Below are positions 12,501-24,600 of a stretch of DNA of 64,000 nucleotides, piece after piece. The stretch comes from Oopsacas minuta (lineage: Eukaryota > Animalia > Porifera): contig JAKMXF010000255.1 in the NCBI GenBank assembly GCA_024704765.1, forward strand, positions 372,001 through 436,000. The letters are read 5' to 3'. The number at the start of each line of letters is the position of its first letter. Position 1 is the first letter of the stretch. A program made the translations under genes and the position numbers. Under the pieces are notes generated by a model. It was given only the letters and a program-made list of their open reading frames with translations. It ran no database searches and was not told the origin of the DNA.

Positions 12501-13904
12501 TTTGAATTTCGCATTTTCGAGTTTCCCACATGTAAATTTATCGTTGTTTTATGAATATAAAATAACAAATTGGCAAAATCTCAAAATTTACGTAGATACT
12601 TGCTCTCAGCGGCTACAAAGGGGGTTGATCTTTCAAAATAATTCAATAATATATGTCATATACGTATATTTCTGAATTACATAGCTCTAAATATATCCAT
12701 ATTATATTACTCAAAATGGGCCGTCAATTTGGGGAATAATGAATACCTCGATGCGCGATGCGCCGAGTTCATCGCAAAGCGACGAGCCAAAGGCTCGTAT
12801 GAATAAATAATTAAAGCTATTGTTAAACTTCAATATTCAATGAATCCATATTATACAACACTAGAAGTACCTATTGTGTAAAACTAATATATATTTAACA
12901 TCCAAGAACAATAGAATTATTACTGATGACATATTGCTGCTATAAAATGAATATTTTTCATTTACCTTCAGCAAAAAAACTATAAATATTTGTGCGTTGA
13001 AAGGATCCAAATACAGTCAACTACTCATAATCGGGACACATAGGTTCTAGCCCTTTCGTCCGGATTAAGCGGAGTTCCCAATTAACCGGAGATTTTCTAA
13101 TAATATTACTAAAGTGCAGCACTATTCTATTTTTCCAGTCGCAGAGTCCCCTGAAGCAAGTTAACAAATCTATGGTTGAGTCAAACCCATCCAATGTACA
13201 AACTTTAACATTTTTGGATCGTTTAGTGCCTTCGTGAATCAATGTTGATAATAATGACTGGAAAATAGAATTTGATTTGGCCAAATCCCAAATTTAGTTT
13301 GTATTTATCTAAATTTTGTACATATACCTAGATTATTAGAATTTCCTAACTCAAGAGAAATTTCTTCTTGATTGATTATTAATTTTCACTTGATTACCAG
13401 AAAATGATCAGTATTAACTTTAGTAGAGATGATTCCGTTCATGGAGATTTGTCCCAATTATGCGAAGTTGACTGTATAGTCAGACCTTGAAGCCTGTTAT
13501 ATTATTAGACAAATCATAACCATTAAAGTATATTAAGCTTTACTTAAACCTTACTGAGAATGAATTGATGTTGTGAGGTCATATTGTCTGTTGGGTGTTC
13601 CTGAATCATCTCCTGATTTGTAATATTTAGAAGTCTCCTTTCTACAACTGCTAAAACTTGAATAACACTCTCGGTACTTAAAATAGAATAGTGCATCACA
13701 GTCACCCCCAAAACTGTCACAACTACTTCCATCCACTTTCTTATCACTACTAAATTTGTAAAAGTTGATTGATACTGTACCTGTGCTCTCAACTAAAGCC
13801 TAAAGAAAACAAATCATTTAATTAATAGTGTATTTCCTTGAGCTGAATGTTGTTCAATTCTAACTGCGAAATATATAGCATAGAATAAACCACTTTCCTA
13901 TCAT
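3572..13904 (-). CDS. Adhesion GPCR with a Notch-ligand-type N-terminus: MNNL/C2 - DSL - 11 cbEGF - ~13 FN3 - 5 EGF - HormR - GAIN/GPS - 7TM (~2,850 aa)
   Basis: Exons: candidate signal-peptide exon 13865-13904 (MIGKWFILCYIFR); 13555-13792 (ESTGTVSINFYKF...DGSSCDSFGGDCDALFYFKYREC); 11931-12237 (GRIRVEVEEWDDD...YRFQCDTDYYGSLCTTYCKARNDYYGHYTCLSTGAKQCLSGWTGTYC); and 3572-11580. The phase-1 intron 11581-11930 (GTAAG...TTTAG) joins the last two in frame as Y-D-VNEC. The GPS reads CVYWD...W...C...HL/STFMVL, followed by seven hydrophobic segments. The GPCR body is high confidence; the first exon and the exon 2/3 junction are less certain. Confidence 0.88.
12404..12805 (+). mobile_element. Non-autonomous Helitron-like element, copy 1 (in the aGPCR intron)
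   Basis: Colinear similarity to 14591-15070. It starts ATATTATTAAATCTCAATT followed by (GTTT/CTGT)-like repeats and ends with the hairpin ACGAGCC-AAA-GGCTCGT. Confidence 0.6.
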
Positions 13905-13977
13905 TATGTTTACATTAGTGCAGTTCTATCCAACCTTATTGGAACATGAAACCCTTCCATAAACAACAATAATCACC

Positions 13978-14337
13978 GTGGCATGGAAATGCGTAGAAAC
14001 TGTAACAGCAAGGGGCATCATGGCAGTCCGAAGGAGTTTATCCAGGAATTTCTGGGCTGGCACTTTTATTGCAGGAGTCTTCTGGGGTCGCAAATTTTTG
14101 GATGGTAAAATAGTGATTCTATACAATTTCGAGTTTAACGAGCGATACTTAGTGTCATTCATGGCTACTGAACTTGTACTTTTAGGTGCTCGCCAAGCAC
14201 CTAGATGTACTCCTGATCCTGGGACTAATCCGCCCACTTTTCGGAATTTCCACGCTTGGGAATTTGGGGTAAAAGAACAATCTCTGAGCGGTGCACAGAT
14301 TCTCCTAAGATGCCTAATCTCAGAAGTTAAATTCTAA
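13978..14337 (+). other. Unassigned GC-richer ORF island upstream of the aGPCR (possible small membrane protein or TE relic)
   Basis: 119-aa ORF with one hydrophobic stretch (NFWAGTFIAGVFWG) and a possible GT-AG intron (GATG|GTAAAA...CTTTTAG). No family recognised. Confidence 0.25.
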
Positions 14338-14590
14338 GTACTATAACTACAATAATAACAGACTTACCACATTGAGGAGAAATATACATGAGAATAAGAT
14401 TCCAATACTGATTCTCATTTCTTTGATTCCTACAATTGAATAATTGTGTATTATAAAAATTAGAATCAACCAATATCATGCAAAGAGATTCGGGTTTACT
14501 ACTAGAGAAAGAAAATTGACAATGACCTAACTGACAACCCTCCTAGCTCCTCGCGATTTTTAGGTATACATAAAAAGGCTCGGTTTGAAA

Positions 14591-15070
14591 TCTATATTAT
14601 TAAATCTCAATTATTGTCTGTTTGTCTGTTTGTTTGTTTGTTGTCAAGAAAAGGATTTACAGTATGCAATTTTGAAATTGTCACATAACTATTTCTTTAT
14701 CGTGTTTATCAAGGAAGTAAATAGAATTCAATAAAACTACACTAATTACAACGAACATGCTGAATCCGATTTTCACACTTTTGGATTAATCATATGTAAA
14801 TTTAATTATTGTTTTTACGAATATAAAGTAAACAAATTATCCAAATCTCAAAATATACATACAGGCTTGCCCTCAACGGCTACTAAGGGGGTTGATCTTA
14901 CAAAATAATTCAATAATATATATGTCATATACGTATATTTGTGAATTACATTTTTCTAAATATATCTATATTATAATACTCAAAGGGGCCCGTCAATTTG
15001 GAGAATAATGAATACCTCGAGGCGGAATGCGCCGAGTTCATCGCGAAGCGACGAGCCAAAGGCTCGTATG
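14591..15070 (+). mobile_element. Non-autonomous Helitron-like element, copy 2
   Basis: The 5' end TCTATATTATTAAATCTCAATT is followed by a TGTCTGTTTGTCTGTTTGTTTG microsatellite. The 3' end has the same ACGAGCCAAAGGCTCGT hairpin as copy 1. No clear CTAG terminus. Confidence 0.6.
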
Positions 15071-15620
15071 TATAAATATATTTTCTCATTCTTATGAAAT
15101 GGAACAGAAGAGCGTTAGTCAGGATAGAAATAAATAAATTGTACAGATATATACAGTATTGTGTGCGCGGATTTCTTAAGTCTAAAGAGCCCTACCTAAC
15201 AACTCACTTGTTTGAAATCTGTCAATATTTGATCGTTCTGTTAGCTTATCCCAATTGATGTGTTATAAAGCAATGAAATTACCAAATTTATATACTTTAT
15301 AGCTGGCCTTAAAGAGGTGACATAGTTCAACATTTGAGATGCTTGATGTATAATTCACTTGAATATAATGCTTATTGTAAGGGTAAAGATAATGTTATTG
15401 GGCTGGTATAGAGATTATTTCTTAAATGTAAGGGATAAAAGAATGTTCAATAATCAGAGGAATGAAATTAGATAAGTAATATCATCCAGGTGGTATAAGA
15501 CCAAATATTCCATTCATTCATTAAGATTATTGTATACTACAAGTCTATAATATATCTGTATACAAACAAGTCTAAAATTCTACCAAAAATAACACGAATG
15601 GTATAAAATAATAAAGAACA

Positions 15621-18600
15621 CTAAATCTGTTCTAAAAGTTTTATTCTATTGTCAATTGCAAATCCAATCTTTTCCAGAGAAGTGGTGTAGCTGGAGGTTA
15701 GCTCAAGGAGAGTTCGTTTCCTCACATCATAAGTCAGCTGAAGAATAATAAAATTAATGAATTCTGATTGTAGCAACAAAATAAAAATGCCTAATAAATT
15801 TCGAATATGTAAAAACAAGAAAATATGACGAGAAACATAACTCTGAGGCTAAGCTGATAAACACGAATAATTGTTAAATCAACTTACAGAAGTAGATTGG
15901 AGTTCAGTGTCTGGTTGAATCTTCATAACATTCCTAAGAAAATAATCTAAGTCAATATCATTGAAGTAAGCAAGTGCGTTAGTAACATAAATCTGTAATT
16001 CCTTGTATACAGGGATAAGAGTAGAGGTAATGAATGTATTGAGAGTATTGATATCTTCTGAAGTGTCCTAGAGCGAACGGATTGATATATATTAAATAAA
16101 CTAAAATTGATAATAGTACACTACAAGGTTTCTCAACCTGTGGCCATATGACCAAACTTGTACCCTAAGTCGACGTGGGTGTGGTCAAGCCCCATGATAT
16201 ACTGTACTGTACTGTAATTACGCATAATAACGGCATAAAATCAAAATGCAGTATAAAATTGAAAATTTTTCATATATAAACTTACTGGAAATTTAGAAGA
16301 TTGCTTAGCTTTCTTTGATTTTTTCGTTTTAGGAGATACTAGTGTGAATACACATACCATACATATGTTGATGATACTGATTGTCTAATAGAGGTTAATT
16401 AGGGAAATAATTCGGTATTGATGGAAACATTCAATGTTAATATCTAAACCAGAAACTTACAAACAAGAGAGTTGTAATCTTCTCAACTGTTAGGAATATT
16501 CTATCAAAAGTCCCTTGCATAAATTCTTCGTTAGAAATTTCCTTCATAATCTCTGAAGATAATAACATTTGTTAAATAACACAAAATTAAACAATTCAAA
16601 ATATTGCATTACAGTTTGAGTGTAAGATTTAATATAAATATGAGACTTGAGTGAAGTAATGTATATCACTAAACAATATATAAATTGAAAGAGTTGAATA
16701 GAAACTTACCTATAAGTGGAACAGCTAAGAATTGTACATCCATTTCTATACTCTTCGATTCTATAGATAACATTGAAATACATATATTGAATGAAATAAG
16801 TAGTATTTCATTACATTTTGGGGCAAGGGACTCAAGCGCTAGGCTGGAAACACGGTATCATATAATGATTAATATGTAATACTCACCAGCTATTGATCTC
16901 AATACAGATTGTAACAACTTGAAGAAGCTCCTTATCACTTGTGCATTCTTGTTAGGTGGAATGAGTAATTCCAGCATTGGTAGCTGAGGAGACCTCAATT
17001 TAGCCTGACAGGGTGAATAAATAAAATGTTCCCTACTCATACACTTTGCATACAAATATTACCAGAGAGTATTCTGTGTTAGTTTGAGCTGCTAGTGCAT
17101 ATGATGGATGTGTTACTGCAGCTTCTATTTCTTTATCAAAATTATCTAAACCTTTCTCGAATAAAGAAATAAGTTCTTGCCATCTAATAGCTCCCTCATT
17201 AACAGCTCCATCCTTTGTCTTAATAATATTACCATCAAGCTCAGTGTATAGCAGACACACCTCTACTAAGCTTCCTATACATGTTATGAGTGTTCCTCTC
17301 ATTCGAATCCAGATGCACTAAACAAATATTAATAACTTAAGGAATAGAATTACAGTGTAATCTGCAATTGAAATTAATTCCTTATTCCAAGGATATTAAT
17401 CCTGGTAGAAATTATGAAGAATAGACCAACCGAGCTCAGTTAGAAACCCAGATAAATTAGCAAAAGGGTTTAATAGATGAACCTATCACTTACTTCTGCA
17501 TTAAATGTATCTTTCACATCTTTGTCAGTAAATTTTCTAATCATAAAATAGGAAATAAATAAAGAGAAATACAACTAATAAAGAATTAACAAAAGCAGCT
17601 ACCTGATAGATGGAGTATAATCCTCTATCACATTTAGGTCTCTGTTATCTTCGTATGTTTCTGAGTCTAAACCTACAGTACATCTTTAAATAAATACATC
17701 TAGAACAGATAAACAACTTTGGCATAACTTAGAATGTTTGTACTGTTGCGTGTCAGAATTACTGCCTGTATTACCGATACCATGGATATTCATAATCCAT
17801 GTCAGAATTGCTGCCACTGGTATATGACTTCGTTGATTATACATGCGAAATTAGTTCCGATATTTACTCTAACTGAATTCATATTAGTATACATAGCTGT
17901 CCAAGGATCAAGCTTCATTTCACGATACCTTGAATCAAAGTTCAACCCTTTCACACCTACTGAATATATATTTCATTCTCAGATGGACCTTAGTAAAGTA
18001 TGGGGTACTGACATCGAAATTTTAGCTCTGACTTCTATCCTTGGAGTAGATATTTTCATTTGCAACTTCCACAACAATAATGAAGATAAGTTAGGGGTCA
18101 AGATGGTATCGATATCACAGTACACATGATGGCTTTTCATATAACAGTGGTAGCAATTATGACATGGATTATGAATATCCATGGTACCAGTAATACAGGC
18201 AGCAATTATGACACGCAACAGTACTCAACTAACCTTTTACCACATCAAACCAAGACTCAAAACTCGGTAAATGATTCTTCAATTCTGTCAACTTAGGACT
18301 ATAAGATATTAAGAAAATAAAGTCAGGTCCCAATTATTCTATACTTTAGTAATACATATATTACAGCTGTTCTCATGTAAATGGACTGAGAAATATATCA
18401 AACAATTTGCAATAGGCAAGGGAGTTGCCACACAGATTTCATTAAGTATTGAATAAATCAACTGAGTGAACAACAAGTATTGTAATTGGACCAGCTAGAT
18501 AGGTTCAACTATTCCCTTCCTCTCCTGACGAGACATCCTACGTAATTATCCATGAATGTATATTCTATTTCTACTGCTTAAAACATACTTGGAGAAACCA

Positions 18601-21600
18601 TCAATCCAAGAATACAATAGAGAGCTCAAATCAATGCTTTTCTTGTAGTAAGAATTGGAGAGGCGATTCTTAAAACATACCATCTCTAAAACCTGAGGAA
18701 GAAAGTGAAAAATTCCGCGAATAATATATAAAGAGATAATACTTTTTCGAAGTTCCCATTCTTGTATGCTGTTTCTATATACTCACTCGTCTAAGGAAAT
18801 AAGAGTGGAGAAATCGTGATAATATTTAGAAATAAAATTAACACAAGGTGACTAACATCACGTCGGTTACTCCGATGTAACACCTGACAATTTGAAGCGA
18901 TAGCAGTGAATGCGCTAGGAAGACCAAGAGTGTGAGAAGCTCTCTCTAATAAATAACTAAACAAAGAATCATAAATACAACATCAATCGATTACGCAATT
19001 ACGTGCTATCTGTTACGAGTGTAATGAAGGGAAACACTAAATTTTAGCACTGCGAACATCAAATTCGAAGTAGTATATACTGCCTATTGGAGCGTACCTT
19101 ACTTTATTTTGGATACAATGGCTATCACTTAAATATAACACCGGTTATAAGAACTTATGGTTATAAGAACAATCCTCTGGAAAACGGTTCTCATATACTC
19201 CTGTATAAATATACCGATTATAAGAACATATTTGGTACTCCCAAGGGTGTCTTATAAGCGATAACAACTGCAAAATAAATTACCTCAAACTTTCTGCTTG
19301 TAGATGCTTAATTTCTAACTCCATATAATTATCAGTACAAACTTCAATACCTCCTGACAAATATAGAATATATGTCACATACTGAATTAGGAAAGGAAGA
19401 GTGTAACTAACCTAGAAATGCTTGTATTTTGAGTATCATTAATCTTGCGAGATAATTCTTACCACTAGTTTTAAGAACAGCTGATGCAACCATCAAAGCT
19501 TCCAACAGATAACACTTGTCACCTGTAAAATATATAATATATATAATCAAGAACTGAGTACATAGCTTGTAATAAGATAGAAGAATACTGTGATACCTGT
19601 AATGCTGTATAAATCTACGAGGAGATGTGTAGCTACATTAGCGTATGGATCACTGTATTGAAATTCTGTATCATTCAGTGAGGTACCTATACGAAAGAAG
19701 AAGTATTATCTTTTATGGAGAATGGATAAATAGCATTTTAGTGAGTGAGTGATGGATATAAAGCGGCAACTCCAAGAGGTTTACGTGGCCCTAATAATGT
19801 TGTGCATAATGGTTATTATGTAGTTCTTAGATGCTATATTATTGTCTATTATCCATGGTACAAAATGTATATCATGTCAGTCAACTACAGACAAGTAATT
19901 TTTACGGAATTACTACAAACCTTCGAATAATAATTTCCCGGATTATATTTGCTATTTTTCGAATTATTCAATGTCTTTTCAAGTTTGACATAATTGTGAA
20001 AAATGCCACTAACCTAAAGGCAATCCAAGGTAATGCTTTCTCATAAGCTCTGAAATGAGATCTCTCTTCTCTTCAACAGATAGCTGGTCATGTCTACCAG
20101 AATATCTGGTGATGTAGAGCAAGTTAATGTCTCTCTGTAGATGCTTGATCTACCTTGAGAGAGAGAAACAGTCAACAAATCAATTAACACCTTTTCCGTA
20201 TATGAATTTTAAAAACTACAACAGCGTTTATCGATATAACATGCATATCTACAGCAATAATATTAATTATGCTACCTGTTTATGTTGATCAGGAGTAGCA
20301 GCCTCTTGAGTAACAGCTGACTCAGTCACTAGCTTTTCCATCCATATGTTAAACTGAAGAGAAATAGTATAACTGTACAGCACCAAGTAGGATATTCCTA
20401 CTTTGTGCCACAAGTTGTGATATTTTTCTATAGGGAAATATTCGTATTTGGCACAGCGAAAAGTACAAATTCCTTCCTAGCGGAACCAAGTTTGAATTTT
20501 TGTTTTTTAGAGATATTTCCCTTAGATTAGTGTCAGACATGAAGTTTGGGAGTAATTCGATAATTATCACTGGAAGTGCGATACTTGTGTACAGATTTTC
20601 TGAGTAAATACTTAGAAATCAGTCTAAGGTTACCAGTTCCCTTAACTCGGAGAACTGCACACCAGTAGAATCTTTCATTTGCGATGATATAGAATTTCTC
20701 TTCTTGTACACATATACAGTCAACATCCGTTATCTCGAACCCTCAAAGGAAATCAAATTCTATTCGAGATAACGGATGTTGACTGTATATGTGTACAAGA
20801 AGAGAAATTCTATATCATCGCAAATGAAAGATTCTACTGGTGTGCAGTTCTCCGAGTTAAGGGAACTGGTAACCTTAGACTGATTTCTAAGTATTTACTC
20901 AGAAAATCTGTACACAAGTGTCTCTCTCCGTTACCATTGCCGAATTGAGCTGAAAATAAAATCCGTTATATTTCACAATGCAAAATAATTCCTACTTTGC
21001 GGGGAACATAACGATTTCTTGTAAGTAATATATAATCCATCACGGGGCAGCTCTCATGCTGGGTGACAATATAATATGTATACCAATAATAGGACCAGAA
21101 ATTTCTCGGGTTTTTGATAAAATATATGGAATATTTGATAATTAATATACAATTGGCGCATCCAGCTAGTAAAGCCCACCATACACGATACAACTGTTGC
21201 AAACACAACGCAGCATACACAAAGCAATAATGTTAGTAAAAAATTGAATTTTCATGAAACAATGTTGCAGGAAAATAGAACAGAACAGAGCAGAACATGT
21301 TCCTATTTCCATGTAGCAAGTTTCTGGCAACATTGTTGTATGCAACAAAATTGTCCCTAGGGATACCTGAGTAATTTCAGAATCAGCTAGTCTGTCAATA
21401 AATAAAGTCATATCATCAAACCAGCACTTTTTAGCACCAAATAACTCAAAGTATTCTTTAAGAGAACACATTATATCTGTAAATAATAATAATAAGAATT
21501 ATAATAATATCAGATATACAATTGAGTATGAAGATGAACCTACCTGGAATTCTGGTAACAATAATATCATTCTCCCTGAGTTGAATAATGAGTTCAATTC

Positions 21601-24600
21601 TTGCTAAGAAAGGAGCCCTCAAGTAGTTCGCTTTCTTATCAATTTGAAACTGACATTTCTCATCAATATAATCCACAGTATTTTCAACAGAAAAGCTTCC
21701 TACACTAAACGAGAATTCTAAAGAAGAGCTAATCAGCAAGCGTTTTGTCATCAGTCATAAATATAGAAAAATGTAATATAATCCCAAATGACGAAAGTTC
21801 AACGTTTACGTTTACAGATTTTTGTCAGCTAATTTTAGGTGAGTAGAGCATTATAATTTGGATCTGTTCGATCATCAACACATAGTATAGAACTGAAATT
21901 ATATTCATATTGTGCAATATATTCCAAATTGGGAAATTTATTATAATCTAATTGGTATAAGGGGGGTAGAGCTAATTTAGAACTTCAAAGAGCTACGCGC
22001 AATTACCAATCCAGTTAATTGCTAGATAATTAGTCACGAACTATTTCTATGATATAAATTAATTGTGAAGAGAAGAATATAGTTGATGAGTAGGTCAAGT
22101 ATGAAGATACGTATTTGGGCTAATTAAAATTACGGGGAGGGGCAATTATGAGTGTGATATTAGTCGTTCCTCCGATCTTTAACTGATGAACCAATGACAT
22201 TATATATATTAAACTTAATTAGCCTTTTACTTAGTCTTATCAGCCTCTTCAATGTCAGGGTTCTGCTGTTTAGGGAGGAGAGGAGCTCTCTGAGATATTC
22301 TGTGTAGTTCAAGAGAACACTTTATTATACCTTTGAAAGCTGTCCAATCATCCTTACTATAATTTAATATTTCAAAAATAAACATAGGGTAATTTGGGGT
22401 TATCATGGGAAAATGGAACCATATCTACTGTACTAAATAATAGATGTACTCACACTGTATCACAACGTATCTTGTAACAGTACAGAGCTTCTTCCCATCT
22501 CTCTAGCTTTGTCAGACACTCTAGCTCCAGAGAGAATTGCTCATCTTCCTCAATTTTGAGTTCTAGAATTCAACAGATATTAATCATTATAGTACAAACA
22601 GTAGCGATACTCGTATTATAGATATTACTTGTTTCAGGGCTTAGTCTGGTGTAATATAGAATATCTTCAAATCTCCTGTTCAGCTTCAAGATGTTCAGAT
22701 ACAATTTAAGCTCTAATACATTAAGCTAGTGGTAAATAACAAACAAAGTTCTGTAATGAGAGATAGCATACCATTAGCATTGGTGAATTTATCTTTATAT
22801 CTCTCTGCCATCCTCTCTGCAAGAGGGATCAGAACTGATTTGGTTTGTTCATCATGACTAGCATGAATCTGTAATATGGAGAGTTCATAAATACAGATTA
22901 GAGAGATTAAAATAAACTGGAGGGAGTTAAGCTTAAGAATGCCTCAGAGAACTCAAACTTTGGAATATTATTTTTTGATATCAAATATGAGTGTTCTAAC
23001 CAGCACAGGTATCTAGGTTGATGGTTATAGACTGCCATAAATTATATAACTACTATGAAATTATACACACTGCAGTATACGTGGAGAAGTGATGGTATAC
23101 ATTAAGTAGGTGTTATCTTAGAATCCTGATAGAATATATAGATAAGATAAAGTGGTCGGGCCATTTATGGAATAACATGAGTATAAAGATCAATCTTATT
23201 GTATACTGTAAATTAGATATGACATACCACAAATTTATGAAATTTCAAATGGTAACTTTACTCTAACCGGGATTATACACCAAATAGTGCATGAGTGTTG
23301 TTATTACATGAGAATTATTAATAATAATTGATTGGAAACAGGTCATTTGGTTAGATCAATATCTGAGATTTCTGACTTTCCTTGGAAATCAAACACATAG
23401 GAATAAATTCTGAAGATGTAGCGTTAGTACATCAACCAGATCAATAATCGGGTCACACGGGTGGATGGCTCAATAAGATTGTTGTTCATTCATTCTTAAT
23501 GAGCTAATGAACTCAAAACAATTAAACAAAGATATTCAATCAAGTAGAAGTAGTAATTAATTAGAGTGTTAGTATATTAAACCATGAAACCACCGATATA
23601 ATTAATGAATTCCCAGGATAGATGTAAGAGAATTACTAGTGCAGTTAATGAACTTTTGATGCATGAAGCGTAATTTTAACTTAATTCTGTTTTAAAATAT
23701 ATGAATTCGATTTAACTCATGTGATGTATAATTGTGGGAGTTATTTAAAATTCAATGGTTATAGATATTAGAAATTTTAAGAATGAAAGGAGAAATCATC
23801 GATTCAACCCCTGTATTGTACAAACTACAAAGAGCTCCACACAGAAGCAAATTCATATAATTCAGCCAGGCAAACGAGAATAAGTAAGTTATGACACATT
23901 TCTCTAGCCATTTATGTACAGATACAAAATGAATTACTCTCAAGACAATATATTAAAATTGAATAGCTATTACGTATACACTTTGTGTGCATTGATGTTA
24001 TCCTCGTAGCTAGAGCGGTCAATCGGTATTGGTTTCATACTTTGAGTAATAATTTGTGGCAATGCAGGGAATAACAAGTACCCACAACCATGATAACTAA
24101 CATTTCCCTTAAATTGAATGATGACATTTGTATATATTCCTGAACAGATATTGTCTTACACAATACAATTCAGATTACATATAAGGAGGGATACTACATG
24201 GAGGGATACTACATGCACTATTTTGAGGCAATACATGTACATTCCCCATAAAAGATACAAAATAAAATGAATAAATAATTAATTAGCAAAATAACCTGCA
24301 TAACAATACTCATCACTGCCCAGAAGTAGTACGGATTGTTATTAGGAAACAACTTGTGTAATTCTAAAGCAATCTATAAATAGATATAATAAAATAATAT
24401 ATTTCGAGTAAATTAATATTAATATATGTAACCTGTTTCTGCTTCTGATACTCATCATTAGAAACGTGTGCCATGAATAAACGTGTCATTAATTCCTCAT
24501 TCTTAGGCTGTTTCTTGAGAGCAGCAGCATACATTAAAGCAATCTCTTCAACTAAACAACATTTATCTGGTTAAAAATCCTATGTCAGCACATGTTACTC

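Noticed and set aside
13021-13284. 87-aa minus-strand ORF inside the aGPCR intron as an extra exon
   Set aside because: No recognisable domain and no convincing phase-compatible splice sites; the MNNL alignment leaves no room for it.
11931-13792. DSL/MNNL exons as a separate Delta gene
   Set aside because: There is no TM segment or stop after the DSL. The exon ends at a strong GTAAG donor whose phase matches the acceptor of the GPCR exon 350 bp away.
14030-14105. Resemblance to 7SL (CCAGGAATTTCTGGGCTG) and an Sm-site-like AATTTTTGG
   Set aside because: The matches are short. The conserved SRP helix-8 motif and the snRNA 5' signatures (U1, U2, U4, U5, U11, U12) are absent.
23752-24100. Hydrophobic minus-strand ORF pieces in an NAA25 intron as a nested membrane-protein gene
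   Set aside because: They are interrupted by stops and have no family motif; AT-rich DNA readily gives hydrophobic ORFs.
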